NCBI GenBank assembly: GCA_964057225.1
Contig: OZ059894.1
Span: forward strand, 20,646,001 to 20,710,000
DNA: 64,000 nt
Reading direction: 5' to 3'
Source: Auanema rhodensis
Taxonomy: Eukaryota; Animalia; Nematoda
The position numbers and the translations under genes were made by a program. Below, piece after piece: positions 26,201 to 41,230 of this stretch; positions within the stretch are counted from its first letter, which is position 1; each line of letters opens with the position of its first letter. The notes under the pieces are model-generated. The model was not told where the DNA came from and searched no databases. It saw nothing but the letters and a program-made list of their open reading frames with translations.

Positions 26201-29200
26201 GTACACTCAACATTGCTTCCAAAAACATTTTGACAAAAATTTTTTCGAAAAATTTCAAAATAATTTAGCAAAAAGTAGATGTTTTTAGATTCCTTTTTTC
26301 AAGGCAAAGACGATGGAAAATGTTATTCAACGAAAAAATTAATTCTTCAGGGTGAAAATCGAGGATAAAAGTGTGAACTTATATCAGTTGATATCTCGGT
26401 GCATTTTTAAGCTAGCGCAAATCTGATAACACAGATCGACGCAGCTTAAAAATCCGCATCGAATGCACTATACTACATTGAGAAACGCTTAATACAAAAA
26501 TTAGTTATGATCGTTTGAAAAATGATGCATTAGTGTATGTTGAGTTTCCATGTACACTCAACATTGCTTCCAAAAACATTTTGACAAAAATTTTTTCGAA
26601 AAATTTCAAAATAATTTAGCAAAAAGTAGATGTTTTTAGATTCCTTTTTTCAAAACAAAGACGATGGAAAATGTTATTCAACGAAAAAATTAATTCTTCA
26701 GGGTGAAAATCGAGGATAAAAGTGTGAACTTATATCAGTTGATATCTCGGTGCATTTTTAAGCTAGCGCAAATCTGATAACACAGATCGACGCAGCTTAA
26801 AAATCCGCATCGAATGCACTATACTACATTGAGAAACGCTTAATACAAAAATTAGTTATGATCGTTTGAAAAATGATGCATTAGTGTATGTTGAGTTTCC
26901 ATGTACACTCAACATTGCTTCCAAAAACATTTTGACAAAAATTTTTTCGAAAAATTTCAAAATAATTTAGCAAAAAGTAGATGTTTTTAGATTCCATTTT
27001 TCAAGGCAAAGACGATGGACAATGTTATTCAACGAAAAAATTAATTCTTCAGGGTGAAAATCGAGGATATAAGTGTGAACTTATATCAGTTGATATCTCG
27101 GTGCATTTTTAAGCTAGCGCAAATCTGATAACACAGATCGACGCAGCTTAAAAATCCGCATCGAATGCACTATACTACATTGAGAAACGCTTAATACAAA
27201 AATTAGTTATGATCGTTTGAAAAATGATGCATTAGTGTATGTTGAGTTTCCATGTACACTCAACATTGCTTCCAAAAACATTTTGACAAAAATTTTTTCG
27301 AAAAATTTCAAAATAATTTAGCAAAAAGTAGATGTTTTTAGATTCCATTTTTCAAGGCAAAGACGATGGACAATGTTATTCAACGAAAAAATTAATTCTT
27401 CAGGGTGAAAATCGAGGATATAAGTGTGAACTTATATCAGTTGATATCTCGGTGCATTTTTAAGCTAGCGCAAATCTGATAACACAGATCGACGCAGCTT
27501 AAAAATCCGCATCGAATGCACTATACTACATTGAGAAACGCTTAATACAAAAATTAGTTATGATCGTTTGAAAAATGATGCATTAGTGTATGTTGAGTTT
27601 CCATGTACACTCAACATTGCTTCCAAAAACATTTTGACAAAAATTTTTTCGAAAAATTTCAAAATAATTTAGCAAAAAGTAGATGTTTTTAGATTCCTTT
27701 TTTCAAGGCAAAGACGATGGAAAATGTTATTCAACGAAAAAATTAATTCTTCAGGGTGAAAATCGAGGATAAAAGTGTGAACTTATATCAGTTGATATCT
27801 CGGTGCATTTTTAAGCTAGCGCAAATCTGATAACACAGATCGACGCAGCTTAAAAATCCGCATCGAATGCACTATACTACATTGAGAAACGCTTAATACA
27901 AAAATTAGTTATGATCGTTTGAAAAATGATGCATTAGTGTATGTTGAGTTTCCATGTACACTCAACATTGCTTCCAAAAACATTTTGACAAAAATTTTTT
28001 CGAAAAATTTCAAAATAATTTAGCAAAAAGTAGATGTTTTTAGATTCCATTTTTCAAGGCAAAGACGATGGACAATGTTATTCAACGAAAAAATTAATTC
28101 TTCAGGGTGAAAATCGAGGATATAAGTGTGAACTTATATCAGTTGATATCTCGGTGCATTTTTAAGCTAGCGCAAATCTGATAACACAGATCGACGCAGC
28201 TTAAAAATCCGCATCGAATGCACTATACTACATTGAGAAACGCTTAATACAAAAATTAGTTATGATCGTTTGAAAAATGATGCATTAGTGTATGTTGAGT
28301 TTCCATGTACACTCAACATTGCTTCCAAAAACATTTTGACAAAAATTTTTTCGAAAAATTTCAAAATAATTTAGCAAAAAGTAGATGTTTTTAGATTCCA
28401 TTTTTCAAGGCAAAGACGATGGACAATGTTATTCAACGAAAAAATTAATTCTTCAGGGTGAAAATCGAGGATATAAGTGTGAACTTATATCAGTTGATAT
28501 CTCGGTGCATTTTTAAGCTAGCGCAAATCTGATAACACAGATCGACGCAGCTTAAAAATCCGCATCGAATGCACTATACTACATTGAGAAACGCTTAATA
28601 CAAAAATTAGTTATGATCGTTTGAAAAATGATGCATTAGTGTATGTTGAGTTTCCATGTACACTCAACATTGCTTCCAAAAACATTTTGACAAAAATTTT
28701 TTCGAAAAATTTCAAAATAATTTAGCAAAAAGTAGATGTTTTTAGATTCCTTTTTTCAAGGCAAAGACGATGGAAAATGTTATTCAACGAAAAAATTAAT
28801 TCTTCAGGGTGAAAATCGAGGATAAAAGTGTGAACTTATATCAGTTGATATCTCGGTGCATTTTTAAGCTAGCGCAAATCTGATAACACAGATCGACGCA
28901 GCTTAAAAATCCGCATCGAATGCACTATACTACATTGAGAAACGCTTAATACAAAAATTAGTTATGATCGTTTGAAAAATGATGCATTAGTGTATGTTGA
29001 GTTTCCATGTACACTCAACATTGCTTCCAAAAACATTTTGACAAAAATTTTTTCGAAAAATTTCGAAATAATTTAGCAAAAAGTAGATGTTTTTAGATTC
29101 CATTTTTCAAGGCAAAGATTATGGACAATGTTATTCAACGAAAAAATTAATTCTTCAGGGTGAAAATCGAGGATATAAGTGTGAACTTATATCAGTTGAT

Positions 29201-32200
29201 ATCTCGGTGCATTTTTAAGCTAGCGCAAATCTGATAACACAGATCGACGCAGCTTCAAAATCCGCATCGAATGCACTATACTACATTGAGAAACGCTCAA
29301 TACAAAAATTAGTTATGATCGTTTGAAAAATGATGCATTAGTGTATGTTGAGTTTCCATGTACACTCAACATTGCTTCCAAAAACATTTTGACAAAAATT
29401 TTTTCGAGAAATTTCAAAATAATTCAGCAAAAAGTAGATGTTTTTAGATTCCTTTTTTCAAGGCAAAGACGATGGACAATGTTATTCAACGAAAAAATTA
29501 ATTCTTCAGGGTGAAAATCGAGGATATAAGTGTGAACTTATATCAGTTGATATCTCGGTGAATTTTTAAGCTAGCGCGAATCTGATAACACAGATCGACG
29601 CAGCTTAAAAATCCGCATCGAATGCACTATACTACATTGAGAAACGCTTAATACAAAAATTAGTTATGATAGTTTGAAAAATGATGCATTAGTGTATGTT
29701 GAGTTTCCATGTACACTCAACATTGCTTCCAAAAACATTTTGACAAAAATTTTTTCGAAAAATTTCAAAATAATTTAGCAAAAAGTAGATGTTTTTAGAT
29801 TCCTTTTTTCAAGGCAAAGACGATGGACAATGTTATTCAACGAAAAAAGTAATTCTTCAGGGTGAAAATCGAGGATAAAAGTGTGAACTTATATCAGTTG
29901 ATATCTCGGTGCATTTTTAAGCTAGCGCAAATCTGATAACACAGATCGACGCAGCTTAAAAATCCGCATCGAATGCACTATACTACATTGAGAAACGCTC
30001 AATACAAAAATTAGTTATGATCGTTTGAAAAATGATGCATTAGTGTATGTTGAGTTTCCATGTACACTCAACATTGCTTCCAAAAACATTTTGACAAAAA
30101 TTTTTTCGAGAAATTTCAGAATAATTCAGCAAAAAGTAGATGTTTTTAGATTCCTTTTTTCAAGGCAAAGACGATGGACAATGTTATTCAACGAAAAAAT
30201 TAATTCTTCAGGGTGAAAATCGAGGATATAAGTGTGAACTTATATCAGTTGATATCTCGGTGAATTTTTAAGCTAGCGCGAATCTGATAACACAGATCGA
30301 CGCAGCTTAAAAATCCGCATCGAATGCACTATACTACATTGAGAAACGCTTAATACAAAAATTAGTTATGATCGTTTGAAAAATGATGCATTAGTGTATG
30401 TTGAGTTTCCATGTACACTCAACATTGCTTCCAAAAACATTTTGACAAAAATTTTTTCGAAAAATTTCAAAATAATTTAGCAAAAAGTAGATGTTTTTAG
30501 ATTCCTTTTTTCAAGGCAAAGACGATGGACAATGTTATTCAACGAAAAAAGTAATTCTTCAGGGTGAAAATCGAGGATAAAAGTGTGAACTTATATCAGT
30601 TGATATCTCGGTGCATTTTTAAGCTAGCGCAAATCTGATAACACAGATCGACGCAGCTTCAAAATCCGCATCGAATGCACTATACTACATTGAGAAACGC
30701 TCAATACAAAAATTAGTTATGATCGTTTGAAAAATGATGCATTAGTGTATGTTGAGTTTCCATGTACACTCAACATTGCTTCCAAAAACATTTTGACAAA
30801 AATTTTTTCGAGAAATTTCAAAATAATTCAGCAAAAAGTAGATGTTTTTAGATTCCTTTTTTCAAGGCAAAGACGATGGACAATGTTATTCAACGAAAAA
30901 ATTAATTCTTCAGGGTGAAAATCGAGGATATAAGTGTGAACTTATATCAGTTGATATCTCGGTGAATTTTTAAGCTAGCGCGAATCTGATAACACAGATC
31001 GACGCAGCTTAAAAATCCGCATCGAATGCACTATACTACATTGAGAAACGCTTAATACAAAAATTAGTTATGATCGTTTGAAAAATGATGCATTAGTGTA
31101 TGTTGAGTTTCCATGTACACTCAACATTGCTTCCAAAAACATTTTGACAAAAATTTTTTCGAAAAATTTCAAAATAATTTAGCAAAAAGTAGATGTTTTT
31201 AGATTCCATTTTTCAAGGCAAAGACGATGGACAATGTTATTCAACGAAAAAATTAATTCTTCAGGGTGAAAATCGAGGATATAAGTGTGAACTTATATCA
31301 GTTGATATCTCGGTGCATTTTTAAGCTAGCGCAAATCTGATAACACAGATCGACGCAGCTTCAAAATCCGCATCGAATGCACTATACTACATTGAGAAAC
31401 GCTCAATACAAAAATTAGTTATGATCGTTTGAAAAATGATGCATTAGTGTATGTTGAGTTTCCATGTACACTCAACATTGCTTCCAAAAACATTTTGACA
31501 AAAATTTTTTCGAGAAATTTCAAAATAATTCAGCAAAAAGTAGATGTTTTTAGATTCCTTTTTTCAAGGCAAAGACGATGGACAATGTTATTCAACGAAA
31601 AAATTAATTCTTCAGGGTGAAAATCGAGGATATAAGTGTGAACTTATATCAGTTGATATCTCGGTGAATTTTTAAGCTAGCGCGAATCTGATAACACAGA
31701 TCGACGCAGCTTAAAAATCCGCATCGAATGCACTATACTACATTGAGAAACGCTTAATACAAAAATTAGTTATGATCGTTTGAAAAATGATGCATTAGTG
31801 TATGTTGAGTTTCCATGTACACTCAACATTGCTTCCAAAAACATTTTGACAAAAATTTTTTCGAAAAATTTCAAAATAATTTAGCAAAAAGTAGATGTTT
31901 TTAGATTCCATTTTTCAAGGCAAAGACGATGGACAATGTTATTCAACGAAAAAATTAATTCTTCAGGGTGAAAATCGAGGATATATGTGTGAACTTATAT
32001 CAGTTGATATCTCGGTGCATTTTTAAGCTAGCGCAAATCTGATAACACAGAACGACGCAGCTTAAAAATTCGCATCGAATGCACTATACTACATTGAAAA
32101 ACGCTTAATACAAAAATTAGTTATGATCGTTTGAAAAATGATGCATTAGTGTATGTTGAGTTTCCATGTACACTCAACATTGCTTCCAAAAACATTTTGA

Positions 32201-35200
32201 CAAAAATTTTTTCGAAAAATTTCAAAATAATTTAGCAAAAAGTAGATGTTTTTAGATTCCATTTTTCAAGGCAAAGACGATGGACAATGTTATTCAACGA
32301 AAAAATTAATTCTTCAGGGTAAAAATCGAGGATATAAGTGTGAACTTATATCAGTTGATATCTCGGTGCATTTTTAAGCTAGCGCAAATCTGATAACACA
32401 GATCGACGCAGCTTAAAAATCCGCATCGAATGCACTATACTACATTGAGAAACGCTTAATACAAAAATTAGTTATGATCGTTTGAAAAATGATGCATTAG
32501 TGTATGTTGAGTTTCCATGTACACTCAACATTGCTTCCAAAAACATTTTGACAAAAATTTTTTCGAGAAATTTCAAAATAATTCAGCAAAAAGTAGATGT
32601 TTTTAGATTCCTTTTTTCAAGGCAAAGACGATGGACAATGTTATTCAACGAAAAAATTAATTCTTCAGGGTGAAAATCGAGGATATAAGTGTGAACTTAT
32701 ATCAGTTGATATCTCGGTGAATTTTTAAGCTAGCGCGAATCTGATAACACAGATCGACGCAGCTTAAAAATCCGCATCGAATGCACTATACTACATTGAG
32801 AAACGCTTAATACAAAAATTAGTTATGATCGTTTGAAAAATGATGCATTAGTGTATGTTGAGTTTCCATGTACACTCAACATTGCTTCCAAAAACATTTT
32901 GACAAAAATTTTTTCGAAAAATTTCAAAATAATTTAGCGAAAAGTAAATGTTTTTAGATTCCATTTTTCAAGGCAAAGACGATGGACAATGTTATTCAAC
33001 GAAAAAATTAATTCTTCAGGGTGAAAATCGAGGATATATGTGTGAACTTATATCAGTTGATATCTCGGTGCATTTTTAAGCTAGCGCAAATCTGATAACA
33101 CAGAACGACGCAGCTTAAAAATTCGCATCGAATGCACTATACTACATTGAAAAACGCTTAATACAAAAATTAGTTATGATCGTTTGAAAAATGATGCATT
33201 AGTGTATGTTGAGTTTCCATGTACACTCAACATTGCTTCCAAAAACATTTTGACAAAAATTTTTTCGAGAAATTTCAAAATAATTCAGCAAAAAGTAGAT
33301 GTTTTTAGATTCCTTTTTTCAAGGCAAAGACGATGGACAATGTTATTCAACGAAAAAATTAATTCTTCAGGGTGAAAATCGAGGATATAAGTGTGAACTT
33401 ATATCAGTTGATATCTCGGTGAATTTTTAAGCTAGCGCGAATCTGATAACACAGATCGACGCAGCTTAAAAATCCGCATCGAATGCACTATACTACATTG
33501 AGAAACGCTTAATACAAAAATTAGTTATGATCGTTTGAAAAATGATGCATTAGTGTATGTTGAGTTTCCATGTACACTCAACATTGCTTCCAAAAACATT
33601 TTGACAAAAACTTTTTCGAAAAATTTCAAAATAATTTAGCAAAAAGTAGATGTTTTTAGATTCCTTTTTTCAAGGCAAAGACGATGGACAATGTTATTCA
33701 ACGAAAAAATTAATTCTTCAGGGTGAAAATCGAGGATAAAAGTGTGAACTTATATCAGTTGATATCTCGGTGCATTTTTAAGCTAGCGCAAATCTGATAA
33801 CACAGATCGACGCAGCTTAAAAATCCGCATCGAATGCACTATACTACATTGAGAAACGCTTAATACAAAAATTAGTTATGATCGTTTGAAAAATGATGCA
33901 TTAGTGTATGTTGAGTTTCCATGTACACTCAACATTGCTTCCAAAAACATTTTGACAAAAATTTTTTCGAAAAATTTCGAAATAATTTAGCAAAAAGTAG
34001 ATGTTTTTAGATTCCATTTTTCAAGGCAAAGACGATGGACAATGTTATTCAACGAAAAAATTAATTCTTCAGGGTGAAAATCGAGGATATAAGTGTGAAC
34101 TTATATCAGTTGATATATCGGTGCATTTTTAAGCTAGCGCAAATCTGATAACACAGATCGACGCAGCTTCAAAATCCGCATCGAATGCACTATACTACAT
34201 TGAGAAACGCTCAATACAAAAATTAGTTATGATCGTTTGAAAAATGATGCATTAGTGTATGTTGAGTTTCCATGTACACTCAACATTGCTTCCAAAAACA
34301 TTTTGACAAAAATTTTTTCGAAAAATTTCAAAATAATTTAGCAAAAAGTAGATGTTTTTAGATTCCTTTTTTCAAGGCAAAGACGATGGACAATGTTATT
34401 CAACGAAAAAATTAATTCTTCAGGGTGAAAATCGAGGATAAAAGTGTGAACTTATATCAGTTGATATCTCGGTGCATTTTTAAGCTAGCGCGAATCTGAT
34501 AACACAGATCGACGCAGCTTAAAAATCCGCATCGAATGCACTATACTACATTGAGAAACGCTTAATACAAAAATTAGTTATGATCGTTTGAAAAATGATG
34601 CATTAGTGTATGTTGAGTTTCCATGTACACTCAACATTGCTTCCAAAAACATTTTGACAAAAATTTTTTCGAAAAATTTCAAAATAATTTAGCGAAAAGT
34701 AGATGTTTTTAGATTCCATTTTTCAAGGCAAAGACGATGGACAATGTTATTCAACGAAAAAATTAATTCTTCAGGGTGAAAATCGAGGATATATGTGTGA
34801 ACTTATATCAGTTGATATCTCGGTGCATTTTTAAGCTAGCGCAAATCTGATAACACAGAACGACGCAGCTTAAAAATTCGCATCGAATGCACTATACTAC
34901 ATTGAAAAACGCTTAATACAAAAATTAGTTATGATCGTTTGAAAAATGATGCATTAGTGTATGTTGAGTTTCCATGTACACTCAACATTGCTTCCAAAAA
35001 CATTTTGACAAAAATTTTTTCGAGAAATTTCAAAATAATTCAGCAAAAAGTAGATGTTTTTAGATTCCTTTTTTCAAGGCAAAGACGATGGACAATGTTA
35101 TTCAACGAAAAAATTAATTCTTCAGGGTGAAAATCGAGGATATAAGTGTGAACTTATATCAGTTGATATCTCGGTGAATTTTTAAGCTAGCGCGAATCTG

Positions 35201-38200
35201 ATAACACAGATCGACGCAGCTTAAAAATCCGCATCGAATGCACTATACTACATTGAGAAACGCTTAATACAAAAATTAGTTATGATCGTTTGAAAAATGA
35301 TGCATTAGTGTATGTTGAGTTTCCATGTACACTCAACATTGCTTCCAAAAACATTTTGACAAAAACTTTTTCGAAAAATTTCAAAATAATTTAGCAAAAA
35401 GTAGATGTTTTTAGATTCCTTTTTTCAAGGCAAAGACGATGGACAATGTTATTCAACGAAAAAATTAATTCTTCAGGGTGAAAATCGAGGATAAAAGTGT
35501 GAACTTATATCAGTTGATATCTCGGTGCATTTTTAAGCTAGCGCAAATCTGATAACACAGAACGACGCAGCTTAAAAATCCGCATCGAATGCACTATACT
35601 ACATTGAGAAACGCTTAATACAAAAATTAGTTATGATCGTTTGAAAAATGATGCATTAGTGTATGTTGAGTTTCCATGTACACTCAACATTGCTTCCAAA
35701 AACATTTTGACAAAAATTTTTTCGAAAAATTTCAAAATAATTTAGCAAAAAGTAGATGTTTTTAGATTCCTTTTTTCAAGGCAAAGACGATGGACAATGT
35801 TATTCAACGAAAAAATTAATTCTTCAGGGTGAAAATCGAGGATAAAAGTGTGAACTTATATCAGTTGATATCTCGGTGCATTTTTAAGCTAGCGCGAATC
35901 TGATAACACAGATCGACGCAGCTTAAAAATCCGCATCGAATGCACTATACTACATTGAGAAACGCTTAATACAAAAATTAGTTATGATCGTTTGAAAAAT
36001 GATGCATTAGTGTATGTTGAGTTTCCATGTACACTCAACATTGCTTCCAAAAACATTTTGACAAAAATTTTTTCGAAAAATTTCAAAATAATTTAGCGAA
36101 AAGTAGATGTTTTTAGATTCCATTTTTCAAGGCAAAGACGATGGACAATGTTATTCAACGAAAAAATTAATTCTTCAGGGTGAAAATCGAGGATATATGT
36201 GTGAACTTATATCAGTTGATATCTCGGTGCATTTTTAAGCTAGCGCAAATCTGATAACACAGAACGACGCAGCTTAAAAATTCGCATCGAATGCACTATA
36301 CTACATTGAAAAACGCTTAATACAAAAATTAGTTATGATCGTTTGAAAAATGATGCATTAGTGTATGTTGAGTTTCCATGTACACTCAACATTGCTTCCA
36401 AAAACATTTTGACAAAAATTTTTTCGAGAAATTTCAAAATAATTCAGCAAAAAGTAGATGTTTTTAGATTCCTTTTTTCAAGGCAAAGACGATGGACAAT
36501 GTTATTCAACGAAAAAATTAATTCTTCAGGGTGAAAATCGAGGATATAAGTGTGAACTTATATCAGTTGATATCTCGGTGAATTTTTAAGCTAGCGCGAA
36601 TCTGATAACACAGATCGACGCAGCTTAAAAATCCGCATCGAATGCACTATACTACATTGAGAAACGCTTAATACAAAAATTAGTTATGATCGTTTGAAAA
36701 ATGATGCATTAGTGTATGTTGAGTTTCCATGTACACTCAACATTGCTTCCAAAAACATTTTGACAAAAACTTTTTCGAAAAATTTCAAAATAATTTAGCA
36801 AAAAGTAGATGTTTTTAGATTCCTTTTTTCAAGGCAAAGACGATGGACAATGTTATTCAACGAAAAAATTAATTCTTCAGGGTGAAAATCGAGGATAAAA
36901 GTGTGAACTTATATCAGTTGATATCTCGGTGCATTTTTAAGCTAGCGCGAATCTGATAACACAGATCGACGCAGCTTAAAAATCCGCATCGAATGCACTA
37001 TACTACATTGAGAAACGCTTAATACAAAAATTAGTTATGATCGTTTGAAAAATGATGCATTAGTGTATGTTGAGTTTCCATGTACACTCAACATTGCTTC
37101 CAAAAACATTTTGACAAAAATTTTTTCGAAAAATTTCAAAATAATTTAGCGAAAAGTAGATGTTTTTAGATTCCATTTTTCAAGGCAAAGACGATGGACA
37201 ATGTTATTCAACGAAAAAATTAATTCTTCAGGGTGAAAATCGAGGATATATGTGTGAACTTATATCAGTTGATATCTCGGTGCATTTTTAAGCTAGCGCA
37301 AATCTGATAACACAGAACGACGCAGCTTAAAAATTCGCATCGAATGCACTATACTACATTGAAAAACGCTTAATACAAAAATTAGTTATGATCGTTTGAA
37401 AAATGATGCATTAGTGTATGTTGAGTTTCCATGTACACTCAACATTGCTTCCAAAAACATTTTGACAAAAATTTTTTCGAGAAATTTCAAAATAATTCAG
37501 CAAAAAGTAGATGTTTTTAGATTCCTTTTTTCAAGGCAAAGACGATGGACAATGTTATTCAACGAAAAAATTAATTCTTCAGGGTGAAAATCGAGGATAT
37601 AAGTGTGAACTTATATCAGTTGATATCTCGGTGAATTTTTAAGCTAGCGCGAATCTGATAACACAGATCGACGCAGCTTAAAAATCCGCATCGAATGCAC
37701 TATACTACATTGAGAAACGCTTAATGCAAAAATTAGTTATGATCGTTTGAAAAATGATGCATTAGTGTATGTTGAGTTTCCATGTACACTCAACATTGCT
37801 TCCAAAAACATTTTGACAAAAACTTTTTCGAAAAATTTCAAAATAATTTAGCAAAAAGTAGATGTTTTTAGATTCCTTTTTTCAAGGCAAAGACGATGGA
37901 CAATGTTATTCAACGAAAAAATTAATTCTTCAGGGTGAAAATCGAGGATAAAAGTGTGAACTTATATCAGTTGATATCTCGGTGCATTTTTAAGCTAGCG
38001 CAAATCTGATAACACAGAACGACGCAGCTTAAAAATCCGCATCGAATGCACTATACTACATTGAGAAACGCTTAATACAAAAATTAGTTATGATCGTTTG
38101 AAAAATGATGCATTAGTGTATGTTGAGTTTCCATGTACACTCAACATTGCTTCCAAAAACATTTTGACAAAAATTTTTTCGAGAAATTTCAAAATAATTC

Positions 38201-41200
38201 AGCAAAAAGTAGATGTTTTTAGATTCCTTTTTTCAAGGCAAAGACGATGGACAATGTTATTCAACGAAAAAATTAATTCTTCAGGGTGAAAATCGAGGAT
38301 ATAAGTGTGAACTTATATCAGTTGATATCTCGGTGAATTTTTAAGCTAGCGCGAATCTGATAACACAGATCGACGCAGCTTAAAAATCCGCATCGAATGC
38401 ACTATACTACATTGAGAAACGCTTAATACAAAAATTAGTTATGATCGTTTGAAAAATGATGCATTAGTGTATGTTGAGTTTCCATGTACACTCAACATTG
38501 CTTCCAAAAACATTTTGACAAAAATTTTTTCGAAAAATTTCAAAATAATTTAGCAAAAAGTAGATGTTTTTAGATTCCTTTTTTCAAGGCAAAGACGATG
38601 GACAATGTTATTCAACGAAAAAATTAATTCTTCAGGGTGAAAATCGAGGATAAAAGTGTGAACTTATATCAGTTGATATCTCGGTGCATTTTTAAGCTAG
38701 CGCGAATCTGATAACACAGATCGACGCAGCTTAAAAATCCGCATCGAATGCACTATACTACATTGAGAAACGCTTAATACAAAAATTAGTTATGATCGTT
38801 TGAAAAATGATGCATTAGTGTATGTTGAGTTTCCATGTACACTCAACATTGCTTCCAAAAACATTTTGACAAAAATTTTTTCGAAAAATTTCAAAATAAT
38901 TTAGCAAAAAGTAGATGTTTTTAGATTCCTTTTTTCAAGGCAAAGACGATGGACAATGTTATTCAACGAAAAAATTAATTCTTCAGGGTGAAAATCGAGG
39001 ATAAAAGTGTGAACTTATATCAGTTGATATCTCGGTGCATTTTTAAGCTAGCGCAAATCTGATAACACAGATCGACGCAGCTTAAAAATCCGCATCGAAT
39101 GCACTATACTACATTGAGAAACGCTCAATACAAAAATTAGTTATGATCGTTTGAAAAATGATGCATTAGTGTATGTTGAGTTTCCATGTACACTCAACAT
39201 TGCTTCCAAAAACATTTTGACAAAAAATTTTTCGAGAAATTTCAAAATAATTCAGCAAAAAGTAGATGTTTTTAGATTCCTTTTTTCAAGGCAAAGACGA
39301 TGGACAATGTTATTCAACGAAAAAATTAATTCTTCAGGGTGAAAATCGAGGATATAAGTGTGAACTTATATCAGTTGATATCTCGGTGAATTTTTAAGCT
39401 AGCGCGAATCTGATAACACAGATCGACGCAGCTTAAAAATCCGCATCGAATGCACTATACTACATTGAGAAACGCTTAATACAAAAATTAGTTATGATCG
39501 TTTGAAAAATGATGCATTAGTGTATGTTGAGTTTCCATGTACACTCAACATTGCTTCCAAAAACATTTTGACAAAAATTTTTTCGAAAAATTTCAAAATA
39601 ATTTAGCAAAAAGTAGATGTTTTTAGATTCCATTTTTCAAGGCAAAGACGATGGACAATGTTATTCAACGAAAAAATTAATTCTTCAGGGTGAAAATCGA
39701 GGATATATGTGTGAACTTATATCAGTTGATATCTCGGTGCATTTTTAAGCTAGCGCAAATCTGATAACACAGAACGACGCAGCTTAAAAATTCGCATCGA
39801 ATGCACTATACTACATTGAAAAACGCTTAATACAAAAATTAGTTATGATCGTTTGAAAAATGATGCATTAGTGTATGTTGAGTTTCCATGTACACTCAAC
39901 ATTGCTTCCAAAAACATTTTGACAAAAATTTTTTCGAAAAATTTCAAAATAATTTAGCAAAAAGTAGATGTTTTTAGATTCCATTTTTCAAGGCAAAGAC
40001 GATGGACAATGTTATTCAACGAAAAAATTAATTCTTCAGGGTAAAAATCGAGGATATAAGTGTGAACTTATATCAGTTGATATCTCGGTGCATTTTTAAG
40101 CTAGCGCAAATCTGATAACACAGATCGACGCAGCTTAAAAATCCGCATCGAATGCACTATACTACATTGAGAAACGCTTAATACAAAAATTAGTTATGAT
40201 CGTTTGAAAAATGATGCATTAGTGTATGTTGAGTTTCCATGTACACTCAACATTGCTTCCAAAAACATTTTGACAAAAATTTTTTCGAAAAATTTCAAAA
40301 TAATTTAGCAAAAAGTAGATGTTTTTAGATTCCTTTTTTCAAGGCAAAGACGATGGACAATGTTATTCAACGAAAAAATTAATTCTTCAGGGTGAAAATC
40401 GAGGATAAAAGTGTGAACTTATATCAGTTGATATCTCGGTGCATTTTTAAGCTAGCGCAAATCTGATAACACAGATCGACGCAGCTTAAAAATCCGCATC
40501 GAATGCACTATACTACATTGAGAAACGCTTAATACAAAAATTAGTTATGATCGTTTGAAAAATGATGCATTAGTGTATGTTGAGTTTCCATGTACACTCA
40601 ACATTGCTTCCAAAAACATTTTGACAAAAATTTTTTCGAAAAATTTCGAAATAATTTAGCAAAAAGTAGATGTTTTTAGATTCCATTTTTCAAGGCAAAG
40701 ACGATGGACAATGTTATTCAACGAAAAAATTAATTCTTCAGGGTAAAAATCGAGGATATATGTGTGAACTTATATCAGTTGATATCTCGGTGCATTTTTA
40801 AGCTAGCGCAAATCTGATAACACAGAACGACGCAGCTTAAAAATTCGCATCGAATGCACTATACTACATTGAAAAACGCTTAATACAAAAATTAGTTATG
40901 ATCGTTTGAAAAATGATGCATTAGTGTATGTTGAGTTTCCATGTACACTCAACATTGCTTCCAAAAACATTTTGACAAAAATTTTTTCGAAAAATTTCAA
41001 AATAATTTAGCAAAAAGTAGATGTTTTTAGATTCCATTTTTCAAGGCAAAGACGATGGACAATGTTATTCAACGAAAAAATTAATTCTTCAGGGTAAAAA
41101 TCGAGGATATAAGTGTGAACTTATATCAGTTGATATCTCGGTGCATTTTTAAGCTAGCGCAAATCTGATAACACAGATCGACGCAGCTTAAAAATCCGCA

Positions 41201-41230
41201 TCGAATGCACTATACTACATTGAGAAACGC

